This document shows positions 20,251-30,385 of a DNA stretch of 64,000 nt, piece by piece; position 1 is the stretch's first letter; every line of letters starts with the position of its first letter. Below the pieces are notes generated by a model, which ran no database searches, was not told the DNA's origin, and saw nothing but the letters and a program-made list of their open reading frames with translations. The position numbers and the translations under genes are program-made. Source of the stretch: Nitrosopumilus sp. (lineage in GTDB: Archaea > Thermoproteota > Nitrososphaeria > Nitrososphaerales > Nitrosopumilaceae); assembly GCA_965203315.1 (NCBI GenBank), contig OZ241857.1, forward strand, positions 1,024,001 to 1,088,000. The letters are read 5' to 3'.

Positions 20251-21946
20251 GTACGAGGTTAGGTCTAAAAGATCTACCCAAAGGGACAACTTTTCTAGAT
20301 AATCTAGGCTAAATCCAAACATTACCAATTATGACAATGTCTAGACAGATCACGAGACAAAAGGCCAAGAAAGATAGTGAGACGGCTACCAAGATAGCAG
20401 ATCTAGAGGATACTGTCAAGCAGCAAAATGATACCATCGAACAACAACAAGAGACCATTACGAGTCTACAAAAACAAGTTGCAAAGCAGAAGAGAATGAA
20501 TATGAAACTGTACGAGATTTTACTTGCTACAATTATGGGACTTCAAGTATCTCCAAATTCAATCAATGATTGTTTTAATGTATTTCAAAGTATGATCAAG
20601 ATAATAGAACGTGGTCAACAACTATCACAGACCAAGATTCGTAACACCAGAAAAAAGATAGAGGGTAAAAAAGAAAAGATAGAGGTACAAACAGCACAGG
20701 CCAAGAACAAAGAAACGAGACGCAAGCAGCTCGACAATTCTAACGTACCGTCATCAAAACAACCAGATCATGTAAAAAAGAGTACAAGAAAATCTAAAAG
20801 CGAATGGAAAAAAGCAGGACAAGACAAGGGTCACAAAGGAGTTTCCGACAACATAAAAACAGACAAGACAAAACATCATAAAAAAGAAAAGTGTGACGGA
20901 TGTGGCAGTAAGCATGTTGACAACAAGAGGTCTAGACAAAAGAGAACGATTGACATACAGATCATAATATTGCACATACTCCATATAGGATACTTTTACA
21001 ACTGTAGAGATTGTGGCGCATCAGGCGATACATTCGACAGCATCCCAGACATACTACACAACACAATGTTGTGCCCAATTCTAGGCGTGATTGCAACCAT
21101 AATGAGAAAGAATGGCTGTAGTATCAGAACAATAACCAGTACTCTTCAATGCCTAGACCCGTGTATATCTAAAAAGATGGTAACGGGTGCAATAGACACG
21201 ATTGCCGATAAATTAGACAAATATGTCAAAAAAATAGAGAGAATGAACCTAAAATCCAAGGTAATCTACATGGATGAGACGTCGATGTCCCTTGCTGCGA
21301 AATTGGGATGGGTCTGGGTTCTTGTCGGCGATTATGGTACGCAATTTATCATATCGCCAGATCGTACAAAAAAGTTTCTTGAAAAAACGTTCAAAAAGTA
21401 TATTCTGATACCACTCGTGTCGGATGGATATGTCGTGTACAAACTATTCAATGTACGGCAACGTTGTTGGGCGCACATACTGCGAAATGCAAAAGATACA
21501 ATGTGTGACGTACATACTGTACTAATGTACAAAAGATTACAGAAACTACTTGAAATTGCAAAAGCACTACAGGTGGACAATCCCAATCATGTGGACATGT
21601 ACCTAAAATACAGAGTAGATGATCTAGTGCAAAAGACATTATCACTTGCAGCAGAGTACAAGAAACTAGACAACGAAGCTTGTCGCAAATTTGGAGTTCA
21701 TTTAGCTAATGCTGCAGATGATCTATACACATTTGTGCTATACTATGGTATGGAATACACAAACAACAGAGCAGAGCGAGCTATACGATCAATGGTGCTA
21801 TTCCGCAAGGTAACTCAACGTATTGTATCTGAGGAGAGTAAACGACGAGTTGGCAATATCTTTACATGTGTAACAACATGGGAGCAACAAGGTCTCAACG
21901 TCTATGATACACTCCTAAAAGTTGTGCGTGAGACCTAACCTCATAC
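20251..21946 (+). mobile_element. Single-ORF IS66-family element
   Basis: TIR GTA(C/T)GAGGTTAGGTCT and 8-bp TSD GATTAAAC (20243-20250, 21947-21954). Confidence 0.92.
20331..21938 (+). CDS. IS66 TnpC-like transposase
   Basis: Coiled coil, zinc finger, MDET, SDGYVVY, QRCWAH and TNNRAERAIR motifs. Confidence 0.93.
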   Translation: MTMSRQITRQKAKKDSETATKIADLEDTVKQQNDTIEQQQETITSLQKQVAKQKRMNMKLYEILLATIMGLQVSPNSINDCFNVFQSMIKIIERGQQLSQTKIRNTRKKIEGKKEKIEVQTAQAKNKETRRKQLDNSNVPSSKQPDHVKKSTRKSKSEWKKAGQDKGHKGVSDNIKTDKTKHHKKEKCDGCGSKHVDNKRSRQKRTIDIQIIILHILHIGYFYNCRDCGASGDTFDSIPDILHNTMLCPILGVIATIMRKNGCSIRTITSTLQCLDPCISKKMVTGAIDTIADKLDKYVKKIERMNLKSKVIYMDETSMSLAAKLGWVWVLVGDYGTQFIISPDRTKKFLEKTFKKYILIPLVSDGYVVYKLFNVRQRCWAHILRNAKDTMCDVHTVLMYKRLQKLLEIAKALQVDNPNHVDMYLKYRVDDLVQKTLSLAAEYKKLDNEACRKFGVHLANAADDLYTFVLYYGMEYTNNRAERAIRSMVLFRKVTQRIVSEESKRRVGNIFTCVTTWEQQGLNVYDTLLKVVRET

Positions 21947-22042
21947 GATTAAACTATTACTGAAAGATTCAGGTATTGACATTCAAGACTAGCATACCTT
22001 GACATTGAATATAAAAGAAAAAAAGGTGCAAAAGCACGTTTT

Positions 22043-22606
22043 CTATGGAATTGCACGACTGTACAGTTTGCCTTCAAGAGCCATCTTGTACATCTCTGCA
22101 ACGTAAGGATTTTCACCTGGAGTCTCTGCACCAAGCTCTACTAGTCGAGCATATACTCGAACTACGTATGCAAGTGCACCCATGAATGCTACTACAACAC
22201 CCATGTTAAACATCCAGTGATTTGGTACTGCAAAGATCTCCTCGACAAACCAAAAGTGCCACATCTCGTTGACTCCAATCGTGAACATCGTAGCCAGATA
22301 ACCTAGAATGGTCATCTTTAGACCAGTGTTCATAGAGTTGTTTGGACCTCTGAGAACAGGAACTTTTCTATCATATATAGCAGCTGCACCCCAACCTAAT
22401 GGCAATGCTACAAAGTGTGAGTATAACCACCAGTGTGCTGGAGTAAATGCACTATCTCGGATAGATGTCTGATGGAGTGAACCATCGACAAAGTTGTCTA
22501 CTTCGACCGATGCTGCAGTACTTCCCATAGCAATGACGATGAGCCAGATCTTTTTTAGTCTCTGAATCTCAACCTCTTTTGGGATTAGTGCGGGCATCTG
22601 TGCCAT
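22043..22606 (-). CDS. amoC: Ammonia monooxygenase subunit C
   Basis: MAQMPALIPKEVEIQRLKK, DGSLHQTSIRDSAFTPAH and NEMWHFWFVEEIFAVPNHW motifs. Confidence 0.99.
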   Translation of the reverse strand: MAQMPALIPKEVEIQRLKKIWLIVIAMGSTAASVEVDNFVDGSLHQTSIRDSAFTPAHWWLYSHFVALPLGWGAAAIYDRKVPVLRGPNNSMNTGLKMTILGYLATMFTIGVNEMWHFWFVEEIFAVPNHWMFNMGVVVAFMGALAYVVRVYARLVELGAETPGENPYVAEMYKMALEGKLYSRAIP

Positions 22607-22628
22607 AAGTATAGTTGTGTGAATTTAA

Positions 22629-22636
22629 TATATAAA
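22629..22636 (-). promoter_or_regulatory. amoC TATA box
   Basis: TTTATATA 23-30 bp upstream of the ATG. Confidence 0.7.
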
Positions 22637-22873
22637 GTAGGAGCTCAATAGATGACGAAATATACGAAAAAATTTGTAAAAAATACAAGTAAAAATGAAA
22701 AAATTGTAAACATGTGCAATAATTGAAAAAAATCTAGACAAAAATTGAGATGGTTTGGTTGTATAACATCGATGATCAAATATACCAATCAGATATGTCG
22801 AGATATCTTGGGATCTCAACACAAGGTAAAACATATAACAACGTATATCTTGTTGAAGATATTAGGGATAAAT

Positions 22874-23443
22874 ATGGTCGAGAAGAAGATATTCGCATTT
22901 GGACTGACCGTTGTGCTTGCACTAGGAACTTTGGGTTTCAATTGGGTTGAAACCATCATCCCAACTGCAGAGGCACATGGCGTTCAAGCACAACTCCAGA
23001 GTCGTTTCATCAGAATAGCAGATGAGACCTTTAATCGACAGTCTCTGCAAACAGGTGAGACCCTTGAACTAAAGGGAACATTGATCAGTCTAGTAGAACG
23101 AGACCTTAGAGGATGGTTGTCCATCTTTTCAGAGTCAACCAATGCAGGAAACCGATGGGAGATGCTCTCAAGAGATCCACCAGGAAACGTTTTCGATATT
23201 GAGGGAAATAGCCAGATAGAGTATGCTCTATCGGCCAAAGCACTAGAAGCTGGTGTATATCACGTACACACACAACTCAATGTAGCATCGGTAGGTCCAG
23301 GACTAGGTCCAGGTCAAACTGTCGTTGTAGAAGGTGAACCAATAATCAAGCCTATCCCATATGTCAACATTATGTACCAATCTATCATAATTGGTGTTGG
23401 ATATGTGATAACGTTTGCAACACGACCCTGGCAAGTAATCTAA
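22874..23443 (+). CDS. amoB: Ammonia monooxygenase subunit B
   Basis: Signal peptide, AEA|HGVQAQLQSRF, YHVHTQ and C-terminal TRPWQVI. 189 aa from MVEKK. Confidence 0.98.
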   Translation: MVEKKIFAFGLTVVLALGTLGFNWVETIIPTAEAHGVQAQLQSRFIRIADETFNRQSLQTGETLELKGTLISLVERDLRGWLSIFSESTNAGNRWEMLSRDPPGNVFDIEGNSQIEYALSAKALEAGVYHVHTQLNVASVGPGLGPGQTVVVEGEPIIKPIPYVNIMYQSIIIGVGYVITFATRPWQVI

Positions 23444-23527
23444 CCAAAACCCTCTCTTTTCATTTTCTGAAACTTTTATTATACATGGTGCCATAATATG
23501 TAGTTGTTAAACTTTAAGATCATCAAG

Positions 23528-23809
23528 ATGGATATATTTCAGAGTTACTTTTTTGGTCAAGTCGAGTTTCGTGGAGATACATACAAGGTAAACATACAGA
23601 ATCAACGTAGAGGCAAAGTTCTTCGACTCCCCTTTGAGATAGCCCACAAGAACAAGATGGTTGCGAGATTGACAGGACCTAACGATCTCTTTGTGGAGGA
23701 CTATCTACAATATGCTGGCAGTTCAGAGTGGCTCGAGATCGACTCGGACGAGATAACATACTTTCTTGCGGATCATCAAGATCAGTTAGATACGATCGAG
23801 ATCATGTAA
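23528..23809 (+). CDS. Hypothetical protein (amo neighbourhood)
   Basis: ORF from MDIFQSYF downstream of amoB, with its own TATA box. Confidence 0.7.
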   Translation: MDIFQSYFFGQVEFRGDTYKVNIQNQRRGKVLRLPFEIAHKNKMVARLTGPNDLFVEDYLQYAGSSEWLEIDSDEITYFLADHQDQLDTIEIM

Positions 23810-23905
23810 TGTATCTAACACTCTAGATCTATCCGATCTCATACTTAGTAGAATGATCGCATTGTAGAAAGGACTTTAAAGAATCTAATAGTAAATGAGG
23901 TTGGC

Positions 23906-24427
23906 ATGATCTGGCCCGGAACCAACGATCCCTACAAACGAAAGAAGACCATTCGATTTCTCATAATCACGGCAATAATAGGGATCTCGGCAGCTGCAGC
24001 GAGTTCACTAACCATACAGTCACTAGACGCGGATAATCCGTTAAAGGTCTGCATAAATGATCGAGATACAAAATTTAAGATCAGTGCCACACTAGAGTTG
24101 ATAATCGATGGTCAACCAGCTGAGATTCCAGCTAATATCGGACGAGATGAGCAGTGTCACAGGACAATGTATACTTTGACCGATGATGGAACAATATATG
24201 CAGAATGGGAAGAAGAGTATCCGTTCGAGATAGGACACTTTTTGTGGATGTGGGAGTTTCCGCTACGAGACATGGATCAGTCAAAGTCGGCCATCTATGT
24301 AAACGATAAAGAGTCAGAACACTTTATAGCTCATCCGCTACAAGATGGATATCACTACAAGGCTGTATTTACATCAAAGGCATATGACCAGTCAAGAGAC
24401 CAAGACTTTTTGCCACCAGAGAGATAG
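23906..24427 (+). CDS. Membrane-anchored hypothetical protein (amo neighbourhood)
   Basis: N-terminal TM helix and IPANIG...C motif. Confidence 0.75.
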   Translation: MIWPGTNDPYKRKKTIRFLIITAIIGISAAAASSLTIQSLDADNPLKVCINDRDTKFKISATLELIIDGQPAEIPANIGRDEQCHRTMYTLTDDGTIYAEWEEEYPFEIGHFLWMWEFPLRDMDQSKSAIYVNDKESEHFIAHPLQDGYHYKAVFTSKAYDQSRDQDFLPPER

Positions 24428-24626
24428 GAATATCAGACTCGAGATCAGATCACGATAACTTGTATGAGTGTATCTTTATCAGATGTGATTGATGGTGAAT
24501 ATCAGACTTTTGGGAGATTCGGATCGTTCTAGTTCGGCTACCAAATCACAGTATTTGCTAGGTCTCACAAGTGATTCTACATGTACATACCATCTATATG
24601 AGAATAAAAGTAAAAAGAAAAGAAGA

Positions 24627-24896
24627 CTACCAGTACTTGCCGTTGTCTGGTATCAGACCAATGCCTTCTCTTTCAAAGTGTCTGTCCAATTCATCGACCC
24701 ATCTCTCACGGTTGTCCTTGTAGGCCCATCCATGAACACGCAACCAGAATGCGATAATTCCTAAGAGGAATATGGTAAACATCATGGTTCCAAAGATGTA
24801 AATCATTACATCGTAGAATAGTGGGTCATAGTTTGGTCCCAGCTGTCCTGTAATCGATGACAGGATACTAAGAAATGTTCCTACTATGGGAGTCAT
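24627..24896 (-). CDS. amoY: Probable AMO subunit Y
   Basis: Small single-TM protein in the gene pair between amoB and rps15, the position recalled for AmoY/AmoZ (Hodgskiss et al. 2023). Y versus Z assignment is from memory. Confidence 0.65.
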   Translation of the reverse strand: MTPIVGTFLSILSSITGQLGPNYDPLFYDVMIYIFGTMMFTIFLLGIIAFWLRVHGWAYKDNRERWVDELDRHFEREGIGLIPDNGKYW

Positions 24897-25185
24897 TGTA
24901 TATTTTGATTCTAACTGTGCGATATATACATTTCTTTTGAGGGCATGTATGCGGGATCTGAGACGTCATAGGGCACACATACTAGGTTTTGACGATTCAT
25001 GACTCGAACAAGATCAACAGATAACAAGATACGCTAGACGTCTACAGATGTAAACTGAGAGTGACCTATCGGGATTGTGTAGTTTATAGTCTAACCCAAC
25101 ATGATAGAGACGAGTCACAATATTGATGAAATTGGCCAGATACAAGTATAATACAAGTATAATAAAAAGATGAAAAGAGGAAAAT

Positions 25186-25518
25186 TTATCCTCGTCCCAT
25201 AGCAGCATACTTGCCAGATCTTCCTCGTAAGAAGAAAGCACCTGCAATACCGCCAAATACAGCACCAGAGATTATCGATGCACCAATAACTCCGTTAGGA
25301 TCAAGATATGGTGTTCCAGATCCAGCAGCTGGATTTTCCTTTACAGCGTCAATTCGAGCTTTTGCTAGTTTTAATGCCTCCTCTAATGTATTAGATCCAG
25401 TCTCACCATCTGCGCCGACATTACCACTATACTGTGCAAGGGCAATAGACGTAGTACCTAGACCACCAACTATAAAGACGGACATGATGGCTGCTGTCAA
25501 TACTATCTTTGTTTTCAT
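25186..25518 (-). CDS. amoZ: Probable AMO subunit Z
   Basis: Signal peptide (ALA|Q), small extracellular helical part, C-terminal TM helix, divergent from rps15. Confidence 0.65.
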   Translation of the reverse strand: MKTKIVLTAAIMSVFIVGGLGTTSIALAQYSGNVGADGETGSNTLEEALKLAKARIDAVKENPAAGSGTPYLDPNGVIGASIISGAVFGGIAGAFFLRGRSGKYAAMGRG

Positions 25519-25683
25519 ATAGTATTCAAAAGCCATCTTGAGCTATTTAACCCTTTTTTTAGTAGAGAGATCTGCGAGATCATATGAAATCGACATCCGT
25601 ACTAGATCGGGCAGAGTCGAGTGCGATCATGGATGCAGAGTCGAGACGTAACGTTTAATTCCATTTCATATCAGTGGTACATC

Positions 25684-26133
25684 ATGGGACGAATGCACAC
25701 TCACAGACATGGCAAGTCACACTCTATCAGACCTACAAATCTAGAGGCACCTAGATGGGTAACACAGAGCCCAGAAGAGATAGAACAGTTGATCATAAAG
25801 TATGCCAAAGAGGGTATGACTCCGAGTCAGATTGGGATAAAGCTAAGAGACCAACACGCTATTCCGCTAGTAAAGCCGATCCTAAAAAAGTCGATCGGGC
25901 AGATTCTAGAAGAACATGATCTAAAGGCAGAGATGCCTGAAGATCTGGACAACATTGTAAAAAAGGCTGTAGGGCTACAGAGACACCTCAAAGAGAATAG
26001 AGGAGATCGACGCAATGTTAGATCTCTAGAGTTGATAGAGGCAAAGGTTCATCGACTATCGGTATATTATAAGAGAATACATCAGATTCCTCAAAATTGG
26101 AAATATAAGTCAGTCGTCGCTCAATTAGAGTGA
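25684..26133 (+). CDS. rps15: 30S ribosomal protein S15 (uS15)
   Basis: MGRMHTHRHGKSHS and PSQIGIKLRDQH motifs. Confidence 0.97.
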   Translation: MGRMHTHRHGKSHSIRPTNLEAPRWVTQSPEEIEQLIIKYAKEGMTPSQIGIKLRDQHAIPLVKPILKKSIGQILEEHDLKAEMPEDLDNIVKKAVGLQRHLKENRGDRRNVRSLELIEAKVHRLSVYYKRIHQIPQNWKYKSVVAQLE

Positions 26134-27548
26134 TGGCATCTCTAGACGAGTCACTGTCGATGTTTCGAGATAGAGTTGTAGATTGTTGTAGATCAAGACG
26201 ATCCATAATGGTTACAACTCATAACGACTGTGACGGTCTAACATCAGGCAGTATCATTACAAAGGCATTGATAAGAGCTGGAGCACACTGTACACTTCGA
26301 GTTAGTAAGGAGTTCAGTACAGATGTGATAAAGTCCCTAAAGAGTGAGTCCAGAGACTTGAATATAGTCACAGATCTTGGTGGGGGGTTTGCAAAGGGTC
26401 TAGATGATGAGCTAGGAGACAGATGGATGGTACTGGATCATCACCAGATACCTCAATCAGAGATGGATCACATAAACGTCATAAACGCATGGAGATATGG
26501 TATAGACGGCGGTACAGAGATCTGTGCAGGAGGAATGGCATACAAGGCAGCTCTAGCACTAGATGAAAAGAATCGAGATCTCTCGCCACTGGCGATCGTG
26601 GCAGCTCTAGGCGATAGGCAAGATGGAGGTGATCGAAAGTCGCTTACAGGAATAAACTTTGAGATAGCCGAGACGGCAAAGGAGATGGAACTCGTCGATG
26701 TGGATATGGACTTGCTACTAGTTGGGAGAGAGACTAGACCGTTAGCCGATGCGCTTGCGTTTACGTCTCAACCGTTTATCGAAGGACTGACATGGAATCG
26801 CGATGTATGTTTTGCGATGCTGACATCTTCAGAGATACCACTAAAAGAGGGTAATCGATGGCGAGTCCCAGCAGAGTTGAGTCAGGATGAAAAAAAGAGA
26901 GTCATCGAAGCGATCGCAAAGTTTGTGTCGGGCAAGAATACACAAGTGATGTCCGAACTCATCGGATACACATACACATTTCAGAACGAAGACGGTCGTA
27001 GCTTTCTGCGAGATGGACGAGAGTTTGCAACCATGCTCAACTCGTGTGGGCGAATAGATCGTGCAGGAGTCGGTATTGCGATATGTATCGGAGACAGAGG
27101 CAAGAGTCTGATGGAAGGAGAAGAGATACTGATCGACTATCGAAGTAAGATTCGTGAGTGCATGAATATACTTACAAACGAACGATGGAGGACGTACGGT
27201 AATGATACATACCTGCTAGTCAATGGTAGAGATATCGTACCAGAGACGATGTCCGGTACAGTGTCATCGTTGATAGCTGCATCGCCGATCCATGTAGGCA
27301 AGATCGTGATACTTTATACCACGGCAGACTCGGACAAGATAAAGTTCTCATCTCGTAAGTCACTTGGTTGCAAGTCACAGACAAACTTGAGTGATCTGAT
27401 GAGACGAGGAGCAGAAAAGTTTGATGGTATCGGTGGCGGACATGCATCGGCTGCCGGTGCAAAGATTACAAAGAACAAATTAGACGACTTTCTCAAATAC
27501 ATAGAAGAGAATGTCGTTGAGATGCCAAATTCAACTAGTGATAGATGA
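26130..27548 (+). CDS. DHH/DHHA1 phosphoesterase (RecJ-like)
   Basis: HNDCDG, TDLG, LDHH and GGGHASAAG motifs, in the rps15-DHH-pcc1-serS operon. Confidence 0.9.
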   Translation: MMASLDESLSMFRDRVVDCCRSRRSIMVTTHNDCDGLTSGSIITKALIRAGAHCTLRVSKEFSTDVIKSLKSESRDLNIVTDLGGGFAKGLDDELGDRWMVLDHHQIPQSEMDHINVINAWRYGIDGGTEICAGGMAYKAALALDEKNRDLSPLAIVAALGDRQDGGDRKSLTGINFEIAETAKEMELVDVDMDLLLVGRETRPLADALAFTSQPFIEGLTWNRDVCFAMLTSSEIPLKEGNRWRVPAELSQDEKKRVIEAIAKFVSGKNTQVMSELIGYTYTFQNEDGRSFLRDGREFATMLNSCGRIDRAGVGIAICIGDRGKSLMEGEEILIDYRSKIRECMNILTNERWRTYGNDTYLLVNGRDIVPETMSGTVSSLIAASPIHVGKIVILYTTADSDKIKFSSRKSLGCKSQTNLSDLMRRGAEKFDGIGGGHASAAGAKITKNKLDDFLKYIEENVVEMPNSTSDR

Positions 27549-27759
27549 TATTCCAGAGCGAGAGGCCATGGCCATAAAACAGGCGTTGGAACCAGACAAC
27601 ATTGACTTTCCAAAAGGTCAGAGCTGTACCATTGAAAATATTGATAACAAACTAGTCTTGTCCATAAACGGTAGAGATAACATGAACCAGTTGATCGGAA
27701 CAGTAGATGAGATACTAGCACACATCTATGTCGCTTTGGGAGTGACCAAGCAGTGTTAG
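27511..27759 (+). CDS. pcc1: KEOPS complex subunit Pcc1
   Basis: 82 aa with ALEPDN motif at the conserved archaeal position. Confidence 0.75.
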   Translation: MSLRCQIQLVIDDIPEREAMAIKQALEPDNIDFPKGQSCTIENIDNKLVLSINGRDNMNQLIGTVDEILAHIYVALGVTKQC

Positions 27760-29018
27760 ACCCTCAGATCATAAAGGATGAACCTGAAAAGATTGCAGAT
27801 ATGTTAAAGGCCCGAGGGATCGAGTTTGATCTTGATGGACTGATACATTATGATAAAGAGAGACGTAAATGCATAACAGAGACCGACGAGTTACGTCATC
27901 TCAAGAATCAGATCGGAGTCGAGATTGCAGCACAAAAGAAGGCAGGTAAATCTGCTACAGATACAATAGCTCAGATGAGTCGGGTTGCAACAGAGTTAGA
28001 GAGTTTGGAGACTAGACGTCAAGAGATAGAGAGAGAGTATACGCGTCTAGCAATGTCGATCCCAAATATGGTAGACGAGTCTGTACCTATAGGAGTAGAC
28101 GAGAGTGCAAATGTGATATGCAAAAAGTCAGGCGAACTGCCACAGTTTGACTTTGAGATACGAGATCACATAGACATTACAGAGAATCTAAAGCTCGTAG
28201 ATCTTGGACGTGCCGCAAAGGTCTCAGGTGCAAGATTCTACTATCTATGTGGTGATCTAGTTCTACTAAATAATGCATTGATCAGTTTTGCATTAGACTT
28301 TGTAACCGAGAGAGGATATCGTTTGATTCAACCACCATACATGATCAACCGTGCAGCAATGGAAGGTGCAGTAATAGCACAGGACTTTGAGGACGTCATA
28401 TACAAGATTCATGATGAAGACCTATACATGATCGGAACGTCCGAGCATGCGATTGCAGCAATGCACTCAGATGAGATAATAGAGGGGGGTGATCTACCGC
28501 TTCGATATGTAGGTGTCAGTCCATGTTTCAGAAGAGAGGCAGGAGCACATGGTCGAGATCAGAAGGGGATATTCAGAGTTCACCAGTTTGACAAGATTGA
28601 ACAATTTGTCTTTTGCAAACCAAAAGATGCGCCAAGCCAACACGAGATGATGCTGCAGACGGCCGAGTCATTCTATGATCAGCTCGGCATACCATATCAG
28701 GTTGTCTTGCTCTCTAGTGGCGACATGGGCAAGTCTGCTGCCAAGACATTCGATATCGAGGCGTGGATGGCAGGTCAGAATGCATACAGAGAGATCGTCT
28801 CGTGTTCAAACTGTCTAGACTATCAAGCAAGACGATTACACATACGATTTCGAGACAAGACGAACCAAGATACCACATACGTAAACACGCTAAACAGTAC
28901 TCTAGTTGCAACTAGTCGTGTACTGGTAGCTATAATAGAGAACTATCAGACAAAAGATGGTCACATCAAGATTCCTCAAGTCTTGCAGAGATATCTCAAT
29001 GGTCGCAGAGAGATATAG
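27753..29018 (+). CDS. serS: Seryl-tRNA synthetase
   Basis: GTSEH, CFRREAGAHGRD, FRVHQFDKIE and EIVSCSNC motifs. Confidence 0.97.
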   Translation: MLDPQIIKDEPEKIADMLKARGIEFDLDGLIHYDKERRKCITETDELRHLKNQIGVEIAAQKKAGKSATDTIAQMSRVATELESLETRRQEIEREYTRLAMSIPNMVDESVPIGVDESANVICKKSGELPQFDFEIRDHIDITENLKLVDLGRAAKVSGARFYYLCGDLVLLNNALISFALDFVTERGYRLIQPPYMINRAAMEGAVIAQDFEDVIYKIHDEDLYMIGTSEHAIAAMHSDEIIEGGDLPLRYVGVSPCFRREAGAHGRDQKGIFRVHQFDKIEQFVFCKPKDAPSQHEMMLQTAESFYDQLGIPYQVVLLSSGDMGKSAAKTFDIEAWMAGQNAYREIVSCSNCLDYQARRLHIRFRDKTNQDTTYVNTLNSTLVATSRVLVAIIENYQTKDGHIKIPQVLQRYLNGRREI

Positions 29019-29024
29019 TCATAG

Positions 29025-29196
29025 GGCTCTGTTCAATTGACGGGGGTTGAGATCATGATGACATTATCTCAAAGAACGCACAGTGAGATTCAAAACCGCA
29101 ACAATTTACGATAGCCGATATGAGACCGTTTCCATATTTTGCAAAGTTTCGAGAATTTTGTGCAGAAAATGCCAACCCTCGTCAAATGAACAAACC
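29025..29196. mobile_element. MITE, family A (inverted relative to 13751 copy)
   Basis: GGCTCTGTTCAATTGACGG...CGTCAAATGAACAAACC ends. Internal sequence is the reverse complement of the 13751 copy. Confidence 0.85.
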
Positions 29197-29335
29197 TTGC
29201 ATATACTTTACATGTACAGTACGCAAGGCATTGATCTATACACGGTAATGTTTGTGTGATATAGTAACATCAGTGTACATCAGTGTACATCGATCTAACA
29301 TACCCTTATATTTTGGGCTCAGAGGTCGATATTGA

Positions 29336-29947
29336 TTGGCACGTAGAAAGGGTCGAGTAAAAGACAAGTGGAGAGAGAAACGATGGGTAACTGTTGTGGC
29401 TCCAGACTCGTTCAACAATGTTCAAGTTGGATACATTCCGATTACCGATGAAAAAGGTGCAGAGGGTCGAGTCATGGAGGTAACGTTACACGACATCCTA
29501 AAAGGCGATCCATCGCAACACCAGTACAAGATATACCTACAGGTGGATAAAGTAGAAGGCGATCTTGCAATGACATTATTCAAACGATTCGAGTACTCGA
29601 AAGAGTTTCTACGAAGTTTGGTTAGACGTGGATCATCAAAGATTAACTTTGTCATAGACGGTAAAACAAAAGATGGATACATCTTTAGAATAAAGATCAT
29701 TGCACTAACATATAGACAGTTAAACACATCACGTCAGCATGCGTTACGACTCATTGCACGTGATGTAATAAACGACACAGTTCCAAATATGACCATCGAT
29801 CAGTTTGTTCAAGCAGTCTGTTTTACAAAGATCACTTCAGATATCATGGCTGCATTCAAAAAGATGATCAGAGTTAGACATGTTGGGTTGGAAAAGGTTA
29901 AACTGGTCAGAACAGCTGCTAAAGAGACCATTCTGCTAAAAGCATGA
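29336..29947 (+). CDS. rps3ae: 30S ribosomal protein S3Ae (eS1)
   Basis: KDKWREKRW and LRSLVRRGSSKI motifs. Confidence 0.95.
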   Translation: MARRKGRVKDKWREKRWVTVVAPDSFNNVQVGYIPITDEKGAEGRVMEVTLHDILKGDPSQHQYKIYLQVDKVEGDLAMTLFKRFEYSKEFLRSLVRRGSSKINFVIDGKTKDGYIFRIKIIALTYRQLNTSRQHALRLIARDVINDTVPNMTIDQFVQAVCFTKITSDIMAAFKKMIRVRHVGLEKVKLVRTAAKETILLKA

Positions 29948-29951
29948 CTCT

Positions 29952-30365
29952 ATGACTAAAACTCTAGTAACAGTGAGCATCATACTACATGCAACAGAAG
30001 ATATTACAAAGATGCTACATGCATTAGAGATCATTGGAACAACTAGAGATGACTATACAGTCACTACAACAAAGGGACATTTTGATAATCCTATCCTAGT
30101 TCTGAATGCAAGGTATAGTGGAAGAGCAGCACGTAATATAATCAAGCAGATAGTATCAGGACTAGATAGACATCAAGTAGAACAACTAGTGTCAGAGATA
30201 CCATCTCGGACTGTAGACTCACAGTTTCATCTAAGACTAGACAAGCAAGAACTGTTCGCCGGTCATATATCACTAGGCGACTCGATAAAGATAAAGATTC
30301 ATCACCCCATCTATGACAAGACGGATACTGTTGCTACCTTTGCTGACATACTCAGACTAAAATAG
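29952..30365 (+). CDS. Archaeal RNA-binding protein (DUF54-like)
   Basis: HATED, GHFDNPI and LRLDKQ motifs. Confidence 0.8.
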   Translation: MTKTLVTVSIILHATEDITKMLHALEIIGTTRDDYTVTTTKGHFDNPILVLNARYSGRAARNIIKQIVSGLDRHQVEQLVSEIPSRTVDSQFHLRLDKQELFAGHISLGDSIKIKIHHPIYDKTDTVATFADILRLK

Positions 30366-30385
30366 GCATATACGCACATCAGAAC

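Noticed and set aside
22745-22873. N-terminal extension of AmoB in the ORF track
   Set aside because: The canonical start MVEKK at 22874 gives the expected 189 aa. The extension is promoter DNA.
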